Assembly: GCA_050248615.1 (NCBI GenBank)
Contig: JBFWSA010000005.1
Coordinates: 1,843-65,842, forward strand
Reading direction: 5' to 3'
Length of the DNA: 64,000 nt
DNA from: Simkaniaceae bacterium
GTDB lineage: Bacteria; Chlamydiota; Chlamydiia; Chlamydiales; Simkaniaceae
Shown: positions 51,803 through 60,838 of the stretch, piece by piece
How positions within the stretch are numbered: the stretch's first letter is position 1
Layout: each line of letters starts with the position of its first letter
Position numbers and translations under genes: made by a program
Notes under the pieces: generated by a model
Seen by the model: the letters and a program-made list of their open reading frames with translations, nothing else
Databases searched by the model: none
Told to the model about the DNA's origin: nothing

Positions 51803-52132
51803 ATGGCTTTTGGAATACACCCCTATTCTCAGGGGAGTTCATCTCATTTATATTCAACTTTTAATGCAAAGAAAGAAACCCCATCCGAAAATTCTATTTT
51901 TTCAAATGCAATAAAAAATATTTCAGATTTCTTCTCTGGATCGCCAGTCGAACTATCAAGTAGATTTTTAAAAACAGGTGGACTCATGATTGGGGGATCT
52001 CTTGTAACCTCTTTTTTCCTCCCTGTTCTCCCTGCACTAGCCCCCTTTGTTGGATTTTCCCTAGGGATGGGCTCTAGTTTCGTGGGAGTTGGAACTAGTT
52101 ATGGGATCCTGCATCTTTTAGAAGGTAAGTAA
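51803..52132 (+). CDS. small hypothetical protein with a bilobed hydrophobic domain (Inc-like)
   Basis: 109 aa. A ~49-residue hydrophobic stretch (TGGLMIGGSLVTSFFLPVLPALAPFVGFSLGMGSSFVGVGTSYGILHLL) is split by a Pro-rich turn. AT-rich upstream spacer. Confidence 0.4.
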   Translation: MAFGIHPYSQGSSSHLYSTFNAKKETPSENSIFSNAIKNISDFFSGSPVELSSRFLKTGGLMIGGSLVTSFFLPVLPALAPFVGFSLGMGSSFVGVGTSYGILHLLEGK

Positions 52133-52138
52133 CGCACA

Positions 52139-53560
52139 CTATCCTTTAAGAACCATAGAGGGGCGAAGCCGCGCTACGCGACTAGCGAGCTTTGTCTCTT
52201 CTACTGCTTCCACAACGGTATCAACATCTTTATAGGCATCAGGCATCTCTTCTGCAATTGTCCGTCCCGAAGAGGCACGCACTAAGACATTTTGCTTCTC
52301 CATATGCTTCACGAGATCTTTTCCCTGCCACGCTTTCAGAGACTGAACGCGGCTGCGTGCTCTACCGGCTCCATGACAAGAACTGCAAAAAGTGAGGGGA
52401 TTCCCTAGACCAACCAAGAGATAGCTGGCGCGCCCCATATCCCCCGGAACTAGGACAGGTTGCCCCGTCTTTTTAAAAAGGGGCATGAGCTCTTCGGCAC
52501 CAGGTCCATAGGCTCGCGTAGCACCTTTGCGGTGGACGCACAACCGTTTCCCCTGATGCGTTTCAAACTTTGCAATATTGTGACAGACATCATAGAGAAG
52601 TTTCACCTCCTCTTTAGGAATCGAGCATACTTCCTGAAAAGCCTGGCGCACAGCATGCAAAATTTGCTGACGGTTATTAAACGCAAAGTTAGCGGCAGCA
52701 GCCATCGCAGAAAAGTAATGTTGCCCCTCTTGACTTTGAATGGGCGCAGCTACCAATTGCCGGTCTGGAAGCCCTTCATGATACCCCTTTTTTATAAAGG
52801 CATTCAGGGTATCCTGACAGATCTGATGCCCAAACCCCCGCGATCCCGAGTGAATCAAGACATAGGTGAGTCCCTCTTCTACCCCCCAATCTTTTGCAAT
52901 ATCCCCTAAAAAGATCTTCTGAATCTCCCCGATTTCTACAAAGTGATTCCCCGAACCAATGGTCCCCAGTTGATTAGCTCCCCTTTCCTTTGCATGGGAA
53001 GAAACGGTCTCTAAATCGGCATCTTCAATACATCCATGACTCTCCATGTGTTGCAAATCTTGTGCAAATCCAAATCCCTTTTCAATAGACCACCTCGCTC
53101 CTTGCTGAATGAGTGCGCGATAATCGGTATCATTGAGTTTCTTTTTCCCTCGTTGCCCATGCCCGACCCCTGAGGGGACAAGAGCATAAATACGATCAAT
53201 GAGATCTTGTTTCATGGACTGGGTAAAATCCTTAGATGGAAGGGGAACAAGGGCCATACGCACACCGCAATTGATGTCATAACCCACCCCTCCTGGACTG
53301 ATCACTCCCTTCTTAACATCCATGGCGGCTACCCCCCCAATGGGAAATCCATATCCCCAATGGATATCTGGCATCGCCACACTGTGCCCGACAATTCCAG
53401 GTAAATAAGCCACATTGCGGACTTGTTCGAGAGGTTTTTCGATCTCCATGTCTTGAAGGAGACTATCCGTGGCAATGAGAAGACCCGGAACACGCATCCC
53501 TCCAACTTTGGGAACGCGATAGGTTGCAGGTCCTATTTTTTCTAAATCAGACATCGACAA
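52139..53560 (-). CDS. rtcB: RNA-splicing ligase RtcB
   Basis: 473 aa. MPDIHWGYGFPIGG, GYDINCGVR, GSGNHF, HSGSRGFGHQ, CHNIA and SSCHGAGR motifs. Confidence 0.95.
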   Translation of the reverse strand: MSMSDLEKIGPATYRVPKVGGMRVPGLLIATDSLLQDMEIEKPLEQVRNVAYLPGIVGHSVAMPDIHWGYGFPIGGVAAMDVKKGVISPGGVGYDINCGVRMALVPLPSKDFTQSMKQDLIDRIYALVPSGVGHGQRGKKKLNDTDYRALIQQGARWSIEKGFGFAQDLQHMESHGCIEDADLETVSSHAKERGANQLGTIGSGNHFVEIGEIQKIFLGDIAKDWGVEEGLTYVLIHSGSRGFGHQICQDTLNAFIKKGYHEGLPDRQLVAAPIQSQEGQHYFSAMAAAANFAFNNRQQILHAVRQAFQEVCSIPKEEVKLLYDVCHNIAKFETHQGKRLCVHRKGATRAYGPGAEELMPLFKKTGQPVLVPGDMGRASYLLVGLGNPLTFCSSCHGAGRARSRVQSLKAWQGKDLVKHMEKQNVLVRASSGRTIAEEMPDAYKDVDTVVEAVEETKLASRVARLRPSMVLKG

Positions 53561-54356
53561 TCATCTCCCAAGTCAAAATGCCACCCTCTTTTTTTATTGT
53601 CCCATGAAAACTTACCGCTTTAAAGGGAGTTCCGATCTGATGGTCTGCTCGAGAGACGATCTCATTTAGGCGCATAATCATCTCTTCTAAACTCTTTACA
53701 TGAAGTGCGGAATCATAAAAAGGGAGGATTTCGGGACATTCAAAAGCTAGGGCTATTTGTGCATTTAAATAGAGCTGCTCCAAACTTTCCCCATAAATGC
53801 GAAAAGCGATATCGGCAATATGCTCGATCTCCTCAAAGGGAGGGAGGAGATCGTGGGTCCAGATGGGTTCATAACGAAGCCCACTGTGACTTTCGTAAAG
53901 ATGGAGATTTTGAAAATAGATCGGTAAAGGTTTAAAGGCTTTTTTCCATTGACTGGGCAAAAAAGGACTCCGCCCGAGTGTCACATGCTTGAGAAATTCC
54001 CGATGTTCAAAGTGGTATCCTTGCGCTTCTAAAAAGGTGCTCAACGTTTCCTGATAATCTGCTAAGAGATCATGATCCCCTAAGGAATCTACATGCCATG
54101 TTACCACTTTAGGATCCCGTCGGGGTAAAAACAAACACGAATCACACAAGCCCACTGGGGCAACTCGAAAGGGCGGGCGCGGAACCTTTGGAATGAGCGC
54201 TTTAATTTTCCCATACGAAGAGTCTCCCAGAAAAGCAAGGGTGATATGGCGGTGTTTGGCTCTCAAGGTACGGGCATCAGGAAGCGCTTCGGGCCAAGGA
54301 GCATGGGCCTCCATCCCGAAAAAAAGACGCTTCTGATCCAGATTATTTTCTGTCAT
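53547..54356 (-). CDS. fusion protein: 2H phosphoesterase (LigT/ThpR-like) N-terminal domain plus archease C-terminal domain
   Basis: 269 aa. Two HxT motifs (HITLAFLG, HVTLGRS) in the first ~170 aa. Then FEEIEHIADIAFRIYGESLEQLYLNAQIAL, the archease N-terminal signature. The stop overlaps the rtcB start by 14 nt. Confidence 0.65.
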   Translation of the reverse strand: MTENNLDQKRLFFGMEAHAPWPEALPDARTLRAKHRHITLAFLGDSSYGKIKALIPKVPRPPFRVAPVGLCDSCLFLPRRDPKVVTWHVDSLGDHDLLADYQETLSTFLEAQGYHFEHREFLKHVTLGRSPFLPSQWKKAFKPLPIYFQNLHLYESHSGLRYEPIWTHDLLPPFEEIEHIADIAFRIYGESLEQLYLNAQIALAFECPEILPFYDSALHVKSLEEMIMRLNEIVSRADHQIGTPFKAVSFHGTIKKEGGILTWEMIVDV

Positions 54357-54849
54357 CTTGTTTAGGACCTTTTAGAAGTCTTTTGAATATAGCATAAAAG
54401 AATCCTACTAAAATACCAAAAACAAGATGGCTAATGATCGAATTTACCACTTCCCCGATGGCGGCATCACTCCAACGGTAATTGGGGGAAATAGAGAAGA
54501 AAAGAGGCATCAGATAAAACGGAGTAATCAGCCACCAAACCATTCCAAAGACTGCCCCCAACCAAACGCCTCTCCATAGATTTTTCACAAGTTTCTGAAA
54601 AATCAGGGAAAAAAGAATTCCCAAAACAGTTGCAGTAAAAAAATGCCCGATATAAATGATCACATTTTCACTCACCCCATAAGCCTGCCCTACCAATTCA
54701 TAGACCTTCATTTGGTCTAAAACAACCATAAGGAGCATCGGAGGAATGATCTGCGTATGCATCCAAAGGAGCATTACAATCATACCGGTTAGGAGCCCTG
54801 CAATCGCCCCCAATAACACATTTAATAAAATAGAAGCCTTCTTCGTCAT
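54343..54849 (-). CDS. hypothetical integral membrane protein
   Basis: 168 aa, four to five hydrophobic helices. Overlaps the start of the downstream fusion gene by 14 nt. Confidence 0.5.
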   Translation of the reverse strand: MTKKASILLNVLLGAIAGLLTGMIVMLLWMHTQIIPPMLLMVVLDQMKVYELVGQAYGVSENVIIYIGHFFTATVLGILFSLIFQKLVKNLWRGVWLGAVFGMVWWLITPFYLMPLFFSISPNYRWSDAAIGEVVNSIISHLVFGILVGFFYAIFKRLLKGPKQDDRK

Positions 54850-54906
54850 AATTTATACATAACACCTCTTTGAAAAAAAAAAGAACTCTAGCTATCTAAT
54901 AAAGTT

Positions 54907-56304
54907 ATGAACCCCTCTGTATTTCATCACGTTCTTTCTGCTTTTATCTCCGAAAGATATCCCTATACAAAATCCCATCCCATTGAAAACCCAGACCTTT
55001 TAAAGTCTTGGGGTCTTGATCCTAAAATCTACCGTCCCCTTCCGCGTCAAACCTTTCACGAGGAACTAGGAATTGCAGAAATAAAAGGCCCTTTTCAAGA
55101 TCTTCAACTGCTAAAAAAACATCTGATTGATTCTGCAGTCCTCTCTCTTTACACTCACGCTCCCCCCCGAAGATCGATTATCCTCTTCACGTGGGTCTAT
55201 TGGGATGGATGGGGAGATTATTATGCACAACTCGATTGTGCGAAACTCTTAAGAGAGCGCTTGGGAGACCACGAGATCACTTTAGTCACCTGTTTGAGAA
55301 AAACCCAGCCCCCCACGGAAACGCTCCCGAATCAACATTTTGTCTTCTTTGAAAAAGGGAGTAAACCGCAGTTCCCCCCCTTCCTTCTAAAAAAAATGCA
55401 AGCGAGCCATCTTCTTTTTCAATTTCCTACCTACTACCCCCATACTGATGCCCTGATGGAGGAGCTGGGGCCTCAGCTCAAATATGAATTTTTAGGAGAG
55501 AGTGGATTCATTGACACTCCCGATTATCACCCTCAATGTGGGCGACGTTGTATGGGGCTACATTTTCTCGAAAAAGGAGTACTGATCAAGTCGGTTCCTC
55601 CTAAAAAAAAGGGCCCTCCTTACTATTTTGCTTATACCCGGAGTGCAGAGGGGCTCTACCACTACATCCAAGCCTTAATTTCTTGGAAGCAAACCGATCT
55701 TTCTCTCTGTGTTTTTAAAATAGAGCACGTTCTTAATGTCGTGAAACAGGGGATTCCAGGAGTCAAACAAGCAGAAATCTTCATCGATCATACCGTGACA
55801 ACCGTTCCTCTAGCAGAAACAGGAATCCTTTTACGTTTTGATGTGAAACAAAAGGTTTCCCATCGTGTGTTTTTGACTTTGCTCAATGAAAGTGAAGATT
55901 TTGTAGCTTGTACAGGAGATGGCTCCCTTTTTGAAGCGATCTCTTGTGGGAAAATCTTTTATTACGACACCCCTCAGCACAAAAAAAACTTTCTGGAAGA
56001 TCTTGTAGCCCTTGCAACGACGCGTACCCCTCAGGCTCTCCCTTTTTTTAAAAATCCTGCAGCTGTTCAAGACATTGCGGTGAGAAAAGCTCTTTTTGAA
56101 CTCACAGCAATCATTCAAAGAGAGCATGCGGTGAATGAGACCCTTTGTCAAATCATCCGACGCGCTCTTTGCCACCAAGCTGTTCCCGAGCTGGAACAAC
56201 ATGAACAAAGGATCCTCACCTCCTTTTCGAAAGGAGAGATTGATGCTCCTGAAGCCCTTAATGCTATCCATAAAACCCTGAACCTGCTAATTCCTAAAGC
56301 ATGA
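54907..56304 (+). CDS. hypothetical protein, possible GT-B-fold glycosyltransferase (EarP-like motifs)
   Basis: 465 aa. FTWVYWDGWGDYYAQLDCAKLL and FVACTGDGSLFEAISCGKIFYYDTPQ resemble, from memory, the N-terminal DNYGDIG and C-terminal GEDSFVRAQWAGKPFVW..YPQ blocks of EF-P arginine rhamnosyltransferase EarP. Confidence 0.3.
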   Translation: MNPSVFHHVLSAFISERYPYTKSHPIENPDLLKSWGLDPKIYRPLPRQTFHEELGIAEIKGPFQDLQLLKKHLIDSAVLSLYTHAPPRRSIILFTWVYWDGWGDYYAQLDCAKLLRERLGDHEITLVTCLRKTQPPTETLPNQHFVFFEKGSKPQFPPFLLKKMQASHLLFQFPTYYPHTDALMEELGPQLKYEFLGESGFIDTPDYHPQCGRRCMGLHFLEKGVLIKSVPPKKKGPPYYFAYTRSAEGLYHYIQALISWKQTDLSLCVFKIEHVLNVVKQGIPGVKQAEIFIDHTVTTVPLAETGILLRFDVKQKVSHRVFLTLLNESEDFVACTGDGSLFEAISCGKIFYYDTPQHKKNFLEDLVALATTRTPQALPFFKNPAAVQDIAVRKALFELTAIIQREHAVNETLCQIIRRALCHQAVPELEQHEQRILTSFSKGEIDAPEALNAIHKTLNLLIPKA

Positions 56305-57575
56305 AGAAACATTTAAATATGCGTCGCTGGATCATTTGGGGACTAGCTGTCGCTTTTTACTTTTACGAGTATTTCCTCCGTGTTGCCCCCAGTGTGATGG
56401 TCCAAGATCTCTTCGAATCTTTCCAAATCGGTGCCGCAACACTCGGCGTCATTTCTGCTGCTTATCTCTATGCTTATGCCCCCATGCAACTTCCGGTGGG
56501 GATGTTAATGGATCGTTTTGGAGCGCGTAAACTCTTGACTTTGGCAGCCCTTGTCTGCGGAATTGCCTCCATCCTATTTGGCATGGCCCTGAAGGTTCCG
56601 ATCACGATCGTAGCACGCCTCCTCATGGGAGCGGGTTCAGCCTTTGCTTTTATCGGCATGGTATACATCTGCTCTCACTGGTTTCACGGAAAAATTTTAG
56701 CTCTACTTGTGGGCGTGGGAAACTCGATCGGAATGCTCGGAGCCGTTTTTGGAGAAGGTCCCTTAGCGGAATTAGTCGACCGCTTTTCCTGGCGCCCCAC
56801 TTCCATCGCATTGGGGATTGCAGGGCTTGCCCTAGGACTCATTATTTACTTAGCCGTACGCAATGAGCCTGCAGGCATGAAGCACCATGATCCTCAACCT
56901 AAAAACTCCTTTGGAAAAAATTTTAAGAGCGTTTGTAAAAACCCCCAAACCTGGATTAACGGGGTTGTGTGCATGATGTTTTACACAGCAACAGTAGGAT
57001 ATGGAGGACTTTGGGCTATCCCTTTTTTGAAAAACGTCCATCATATGTCGAATGAAGAGGCAAGTTTTGCCGCTTCCATGGTCTATGTCGGGTGGATCGT
57101 GGCTGGACCGATTATTGGCTATGTCTCTGATAGACTCTGCAATCGCAAAATCATGCTCTATATCTTTACGCTCCTCAGTCTTATCTTTTTTTCCATTATT
57201 ACCTATGGCAATATCTCTTCCGATCTATGCATTTTTATTCTCATTTTTCTCCTCGGCATGTCTCTTTCAGCGCAACTTTTAAACTATAGCCTTGCCATCG
57301 AGCTCAACTCTCCAGAGACCAAAGGGACCGCCTTAGCCATTACCAACTGCCTTGTTTTCATAGCAGGCTCTGCAATCCAAACACTCGTTGGATCCCTTCT
57401 GGATCATAATTGGACAGGCGAATGGGTCGATCATGTCCGTGTTTATTCCCCCCATAACTACCGAATAGCTCTCACCGCTTTCCCCATTACCCTAGTGCTT
57501 GCCTTTGTCTTTACTTTTTTCATTAAAGAGAAAAACAAACCCTGGTGCAAGACCTACTCAACCTCTTCATCCTAA
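56301..57575 (+). CDS. MFS transporter
   Basis: 424 aa, 12 helices. MFS loop motif GMLMDRFGARK. ATGA overlap with the upstream gene. Confidence 0.85.
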   Translation: MKKHLNMRRWIIWGLAVAFYFYEYFLRVAPSVMVQDLFESFQIGAATLGVISAAYLYAYAPMQLPVGMLMDRFGARKLLTLAALVCGIASILFGMALKVPITIVARLLMGAGSAFAFIGMVYICSHWFHGKILALLVGVGNSIGMLGAVFGEGPLAELVDRFSWRPTSIALGIAGLALGLIIYLAVRNEPAGMKHHDPQPKNSFGKNFKSVCKNPQTWINGVVCMMFYTATVGYGGLWAIPFLKNVHHMSNEEASFAASMVYVGWIVAGPIIGYVSDRLCNRKIMLYIFTLLSLIFFSIITYGNISSDLCIFILIFLLGMSLSAQLLNYSLAIELNSPETKGTALAITNCLVFIAGSAIQTLVGSLLDHNWTGEWVDHVRVYSPHNYRIALTAFPITLVLAFVFTFFIKEKNKPWCKTYSTSSS

Positions 57576-57642
57576 AAAAAATATTGATTAATAATCCCTA
57601 AATCTTACAGACTTGCAGCCTTTCAAAAAATAAGGACCACTT

Positions 57643-58524
57643 ATGGCTGTAGCAATTGCTTATCCTGTAAAAATTAATGATGTACCAGAGTTCCCCCCTC
57701 CCTCAAAAAAAATGGATCCTCTGCCAAAAATAGAGGAACGTCTTCCGCAAGCAACAACGATTAAATGGGGAGACAAGATTTACATCCTGCATGACCAATC
57801 GGTTTCCTATTTACATAATGGTCAAGCCGCACAGCTCCTCATGCGAAAAACAAGAATGGCCGCTCCGACGACAATGGAACTTTCTCTAAATGGCTTTGTA
57901 TTGGGATTGCCGAATGGAAAAGTAGAGGTTTGGGATATCCATGGGAGTCGCACTTCCCTACATGCTTTTGAGGCTGAAGCCTCTCAGGTTAATTCTATTG
58001 ATACGCTGGGGCACTCGATTTTGTGTGGAACCAATCAGCTTTCTTTAGTCGATACCCGTCAAGCTGACGCTCCTTGGACGATTTGGGACCATCATAGGTC
58101 TCCAGTCCAATCTGTTTCTTTTGTTTCCGAGACAATTTTTACCTCAGGGAGTGAAGACACACTGAAATTGTGGGATAGTAGAACACGTAGACCTCTTGTA
58201 ACCATCGAGAGAAATATCACAGCCCTCGATTGGTTTGGACCCCGCATGATTTCTGCAGGGAGTGATAACGTTGTCCGCCTTTGGGAACTTACATCCACCT
58301 CTTTTGCGGAAAGAGAAACCTATGAACTCCCTTGCTCTACAGTCTATCTTACGCGCACTTGTGCGGTTGCCTTAAGTACAAATCATGTCTATATCCGTTC
58401 GGGTGAGGAAGTGAAACTGCAAAAATTGCAAAATCCCTATCCCCCTTCTGCCTTAAGTCCTAATCGCGACTACTTAGTGACACAAGATGCCTCTGGCTAC
58501 ATAACCTTTTTTAAGCTTGCTTGA
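57643..58524 (+). CDS. WD40-repeat protein
   Basis: 293 aa. Repeat ends such as TSGSEDTLKLWD, SAGSDNVVRLWE and GKVEVWD. Confidence 0.7.
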   Translation: MAVAIAYPVKINDVPEFPPPSKKMDPLPKIEERLPQATTIKWGDKIYILHDQSVSYLHNGQAAQLLMRKTRMAAPTTMELSLNGFVLGLPNGKVEVWDIHGSRTSLHAFEAEASQVNSIDTLGHSILCGTNQLSLVDTRQADAPWTIWDHHRSPVQSVSFVSETIFTSGSEDTLKLWDSRTRRPLVTIERNITALDWFGPRMISAGSDNVVRLWELTSTSFAERETYELPCSTVYLTRTCAVALSTNHVYIRSGEEVKLQKLQNPYPPSALSPNRDYLVTQDASGYITFFKLA

Positions 58525-58550
58525 GAATTATCCTCCCGCTATGAAAATAA

Positions 58551-59462
58551 TTGATGCTGCGAAAGTACTTGTTGCCCACTTTTGCTTTCATGGGGCTACT
58601 CCTAGCCCTTTTTATGGTTTTTTACGGAGCGAGAAAACCACCCACTCCCCCCATCCTTTTTCCCCCTCCTGTTCCTCCCTATAAACATTACGTTGCTGGA
58701 GCAGGGATTGTTGAAGCCGCTTCTGAAGATATCAGCATTGGAACCCCTTTCAATGAACTCGCAACAGATGTCTATGCAAAAGTAGGGGATCAAGTGACCA
58801 AAGGAACCCCTCTTTTTAAACTTGATACGCGTACCCTTGTTGCCGAATACGAAGAGGCCCAGCAAAAACGGGATGTTGCTTACACAAATTTCCAAGATCA
58901 AGCTACGCAGCTTTCTCTCTATCAAAACCTCAAAGATAAGCGCGCGGTGAGTGAAAATGCCTTTAATCAGCGCTACTATGCTGCAGAACTCGCACAAAAA
59001 GAGCTAAAAGAAGCGGAAGCGGCGCTAGAGGTGATCGCCTCAAAAATTGAACGCTCGACCATCCGTGCCCCCTTAGATGGGGAAATCTTGCAAGTCAATG
59101 TGCGTGTTGGTCAGTCGGTAGATGTCAACCCTTTCGATAACAAACCCCATATGCTTTTTGGGGTAACAAATCCTCTTCATATCCGTGTTGAAGTAGATGA
59201 AGCCGACTCCTGGCGCGTGCAAAAAGGGGCCCCTGCTGTTGCCTATGTTCGAGGGAATAGTTCGATCAAGGTAGACTTAAATTTTCTCTATATCGAACCC
59301 TATATCATTCCTAAAACAGCTCTCACAGGGGATAATCAAGAACGTGTAGATACACGGGTCCTTCAAGTGATTTATGAATTTGACCGAGAAAATCTCCCGA
59401 TTTATACAGGACAACTCATGGACGTATATATTAAAGGGCTTCCCTCCAATGAAAAGTTTTAA
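58551..59462 (+). CDS. HlyD/MacA-type periplasmic adaptor of a tripartite efflux system
   Basis: 303 aa. N-terminal anchor helix, lipoyl-like motif (GDQVTKGTPLFKLD), coiled-coil hairpin, then IRAPLDGEILQVNVRVGQ. Confidence 0.8.
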   Translation: MMLRKYLLPTFAFMGLLLALFMVFYGARKPPTPPILFPPPVPPYKHYVAGAGIVEAASEDISIGTPFNELATDVYAKVGDQVTKGTPLFKLDTRTLVAEYEEAQQKRDVAYTNFQDQATQLSLYQNLKDKRAVSENAFNQRYYAAELAQKELKEAEAALEVIASKIERSTIRAPLDGEILQVNVRVGQSVDVNPFDNKPHMLFGVTNPLHIRVEVDEADSWRVQKGAPAVAYVRGNSSIKVDLNFLYIEPYIIPKTALTGDNQERVDTRVLQVIYEFDRENLPIYTGQLMDVYIKGLPSNEKF

Positions 59463-60837
59463 ATGGATTCCCTTACTCTTCCTCACAGGATGTGCTGTCG
59501 GCCCTGATTATCAAACGCCCCAAGTGACCCTCCCCTCCCATTATGATACTACAGAAGATACAGGAGAACTAGATGCAGGAGAGCTGCAGCATTGGTGGAC
59601 TGCTTTTAATGATCCTCTACTCGATGTCCTCATCCATGAAGCTCTTTCGCAAAACTTCGATCTTCGTATCGCTGTTGAAAAAATCCATGAAGTGCGCGCC
59701 CTTTACCAAATCCAAGCGGCTGAGCTTTGGCCCAAAGTCGATCTGAATGGTGAAGTGACACGTGAAAGAGTGAGCCAAAGCCTTTTTGACTCCCCCTTTC
59801 TAGGGCCTCCTGTCCAAAGTCTCTATCGCGTCGGTTTTGATGCGAGTTGGGAGGTTGATATTTTTGGAAAACGGCGCCGCGAAAAAGAGGCCGCTTACTA
59901 TGAATATGAAGCCGAAGTTGAAAATGCGCGGGGTGTTTATATCACTCTTCTCAGCGAAGTTGCTGCAAACTATATCGAGATTCGGGCCTTTCAACAAAAA
60001 ATTTCCCTATCTGAGCGGGATATCTACATTCGTAAAGAGCTTCTGACACTCTCAGAGTCTCTTTTTCGTGCAGGACTCTCCAGCGAAATTGACGTGGAGC
60101 TTTTGCGCATTGGCTTAGAAGAAGCCCGCGCAGCTCTTCCGACACTCCAAACGGGTTACCGTCAAACGCTCAACCGCTTAGCCGTATTACTCGGAAAACC
60201 CCCAGAAAGTCTCCATGAAGAATTCACGGAGCGTCGCCCTATTCCTAGCAACCCTAACGCCATTCCCGTCGGTCTCCCCTCTGATCTTCTCAGAAGGCGT
60301 CCCGATATCCGACAAGCTGAGCGCACCCTTGCTGCTGCAACGGCAAATTTAGGTTCGGCAATAGCTGATCTTTTTCCCCGTTTTTCCCTCCTCGGGGCTT
60401 TTGGCTTTGATGGAGACCATGTGAACAATTGGATCCAAGCGCAAAGCCGCACCTGGACCTTAGGACCCACAATGCAATGGCCCATCCTCTATTTTGGACG
60501 TATCCGCTCTAATATTCGCGCTCAAAATTCTGTCCAAAAGCAAGCCCTATTAAGCTATGAGCAAACCCTTTTAACCTCCCTAGAAGATGTAGAAAACGCC
60601 CTGATTGCTTACTACAAAGAAGAGGAGCGAAAAAAGTATTTTGAAAAGCAAGTCGAGGCAGCAAAACGTCAGTATGCACTCAGCCGTGACCTTTACCTTT
60701 CAGGACTCTCCGATTTTTCAACATTTTTAGAAGCTGATCAAACCCTTGTAGAAGCAGAAACAAATCTCGTTAATAGTGAAGAAGGGTTTAGCACAAAATG
60801 CGTCGCCCTTTACAAAGCGTTAGGAGGAGAATGGTAA
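59449..60837 (+). CDS. outer-membrane efflux lipoprotein (NodT/TolC family)
   Basis: Lipobox LLFLTGC then AVGPDYQTP, the typical NodT N-terminus. Two TolC-like repeats and a C-terminal LYKALGGEW. The start is taken at MKSFKW. Confidence 0.85.
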   Translation: MKSFKWIPLLFLTGCAVGPDYQTPQVTLPSHYDTTEDTGELDAGELQHWWTAFNDPLLDVLIHEALSQNFDLRIAVEKIHEVRALYQIQAAELWPKVDLNGEVTRERVSQSLFDSPFLGPPVQSLYRVGFDASWEVDIFGKRRREKEAAYYEYEAEVENARGVYITLLSEVAANYIEIRAFQQKISLSERDIYIRKELLTLSESLFRAGLSSEIDVELLRIGLEEARAALPTLQTGYRQTLNRLAVLLGKPPESLHEEFTERRPIPSNPNAIPVGLPSDLLRRRPDIRQAERTLAAATANLGSAIADLFPRFSLLGAFGFDGDHVNNWIQAQSRTWTLGPTMQWPILYFGRIRSNIRAQNSVQKQALLSYEQTLLTSLEDVENALIAYYKEEERKKYFEKQVEAAKRQYALSRDLYLSGLSDFSTFLEADQTLVEAETNLVNSEEGFSTKCVALYKALGGEW

Positions 60838-60838
60838 C

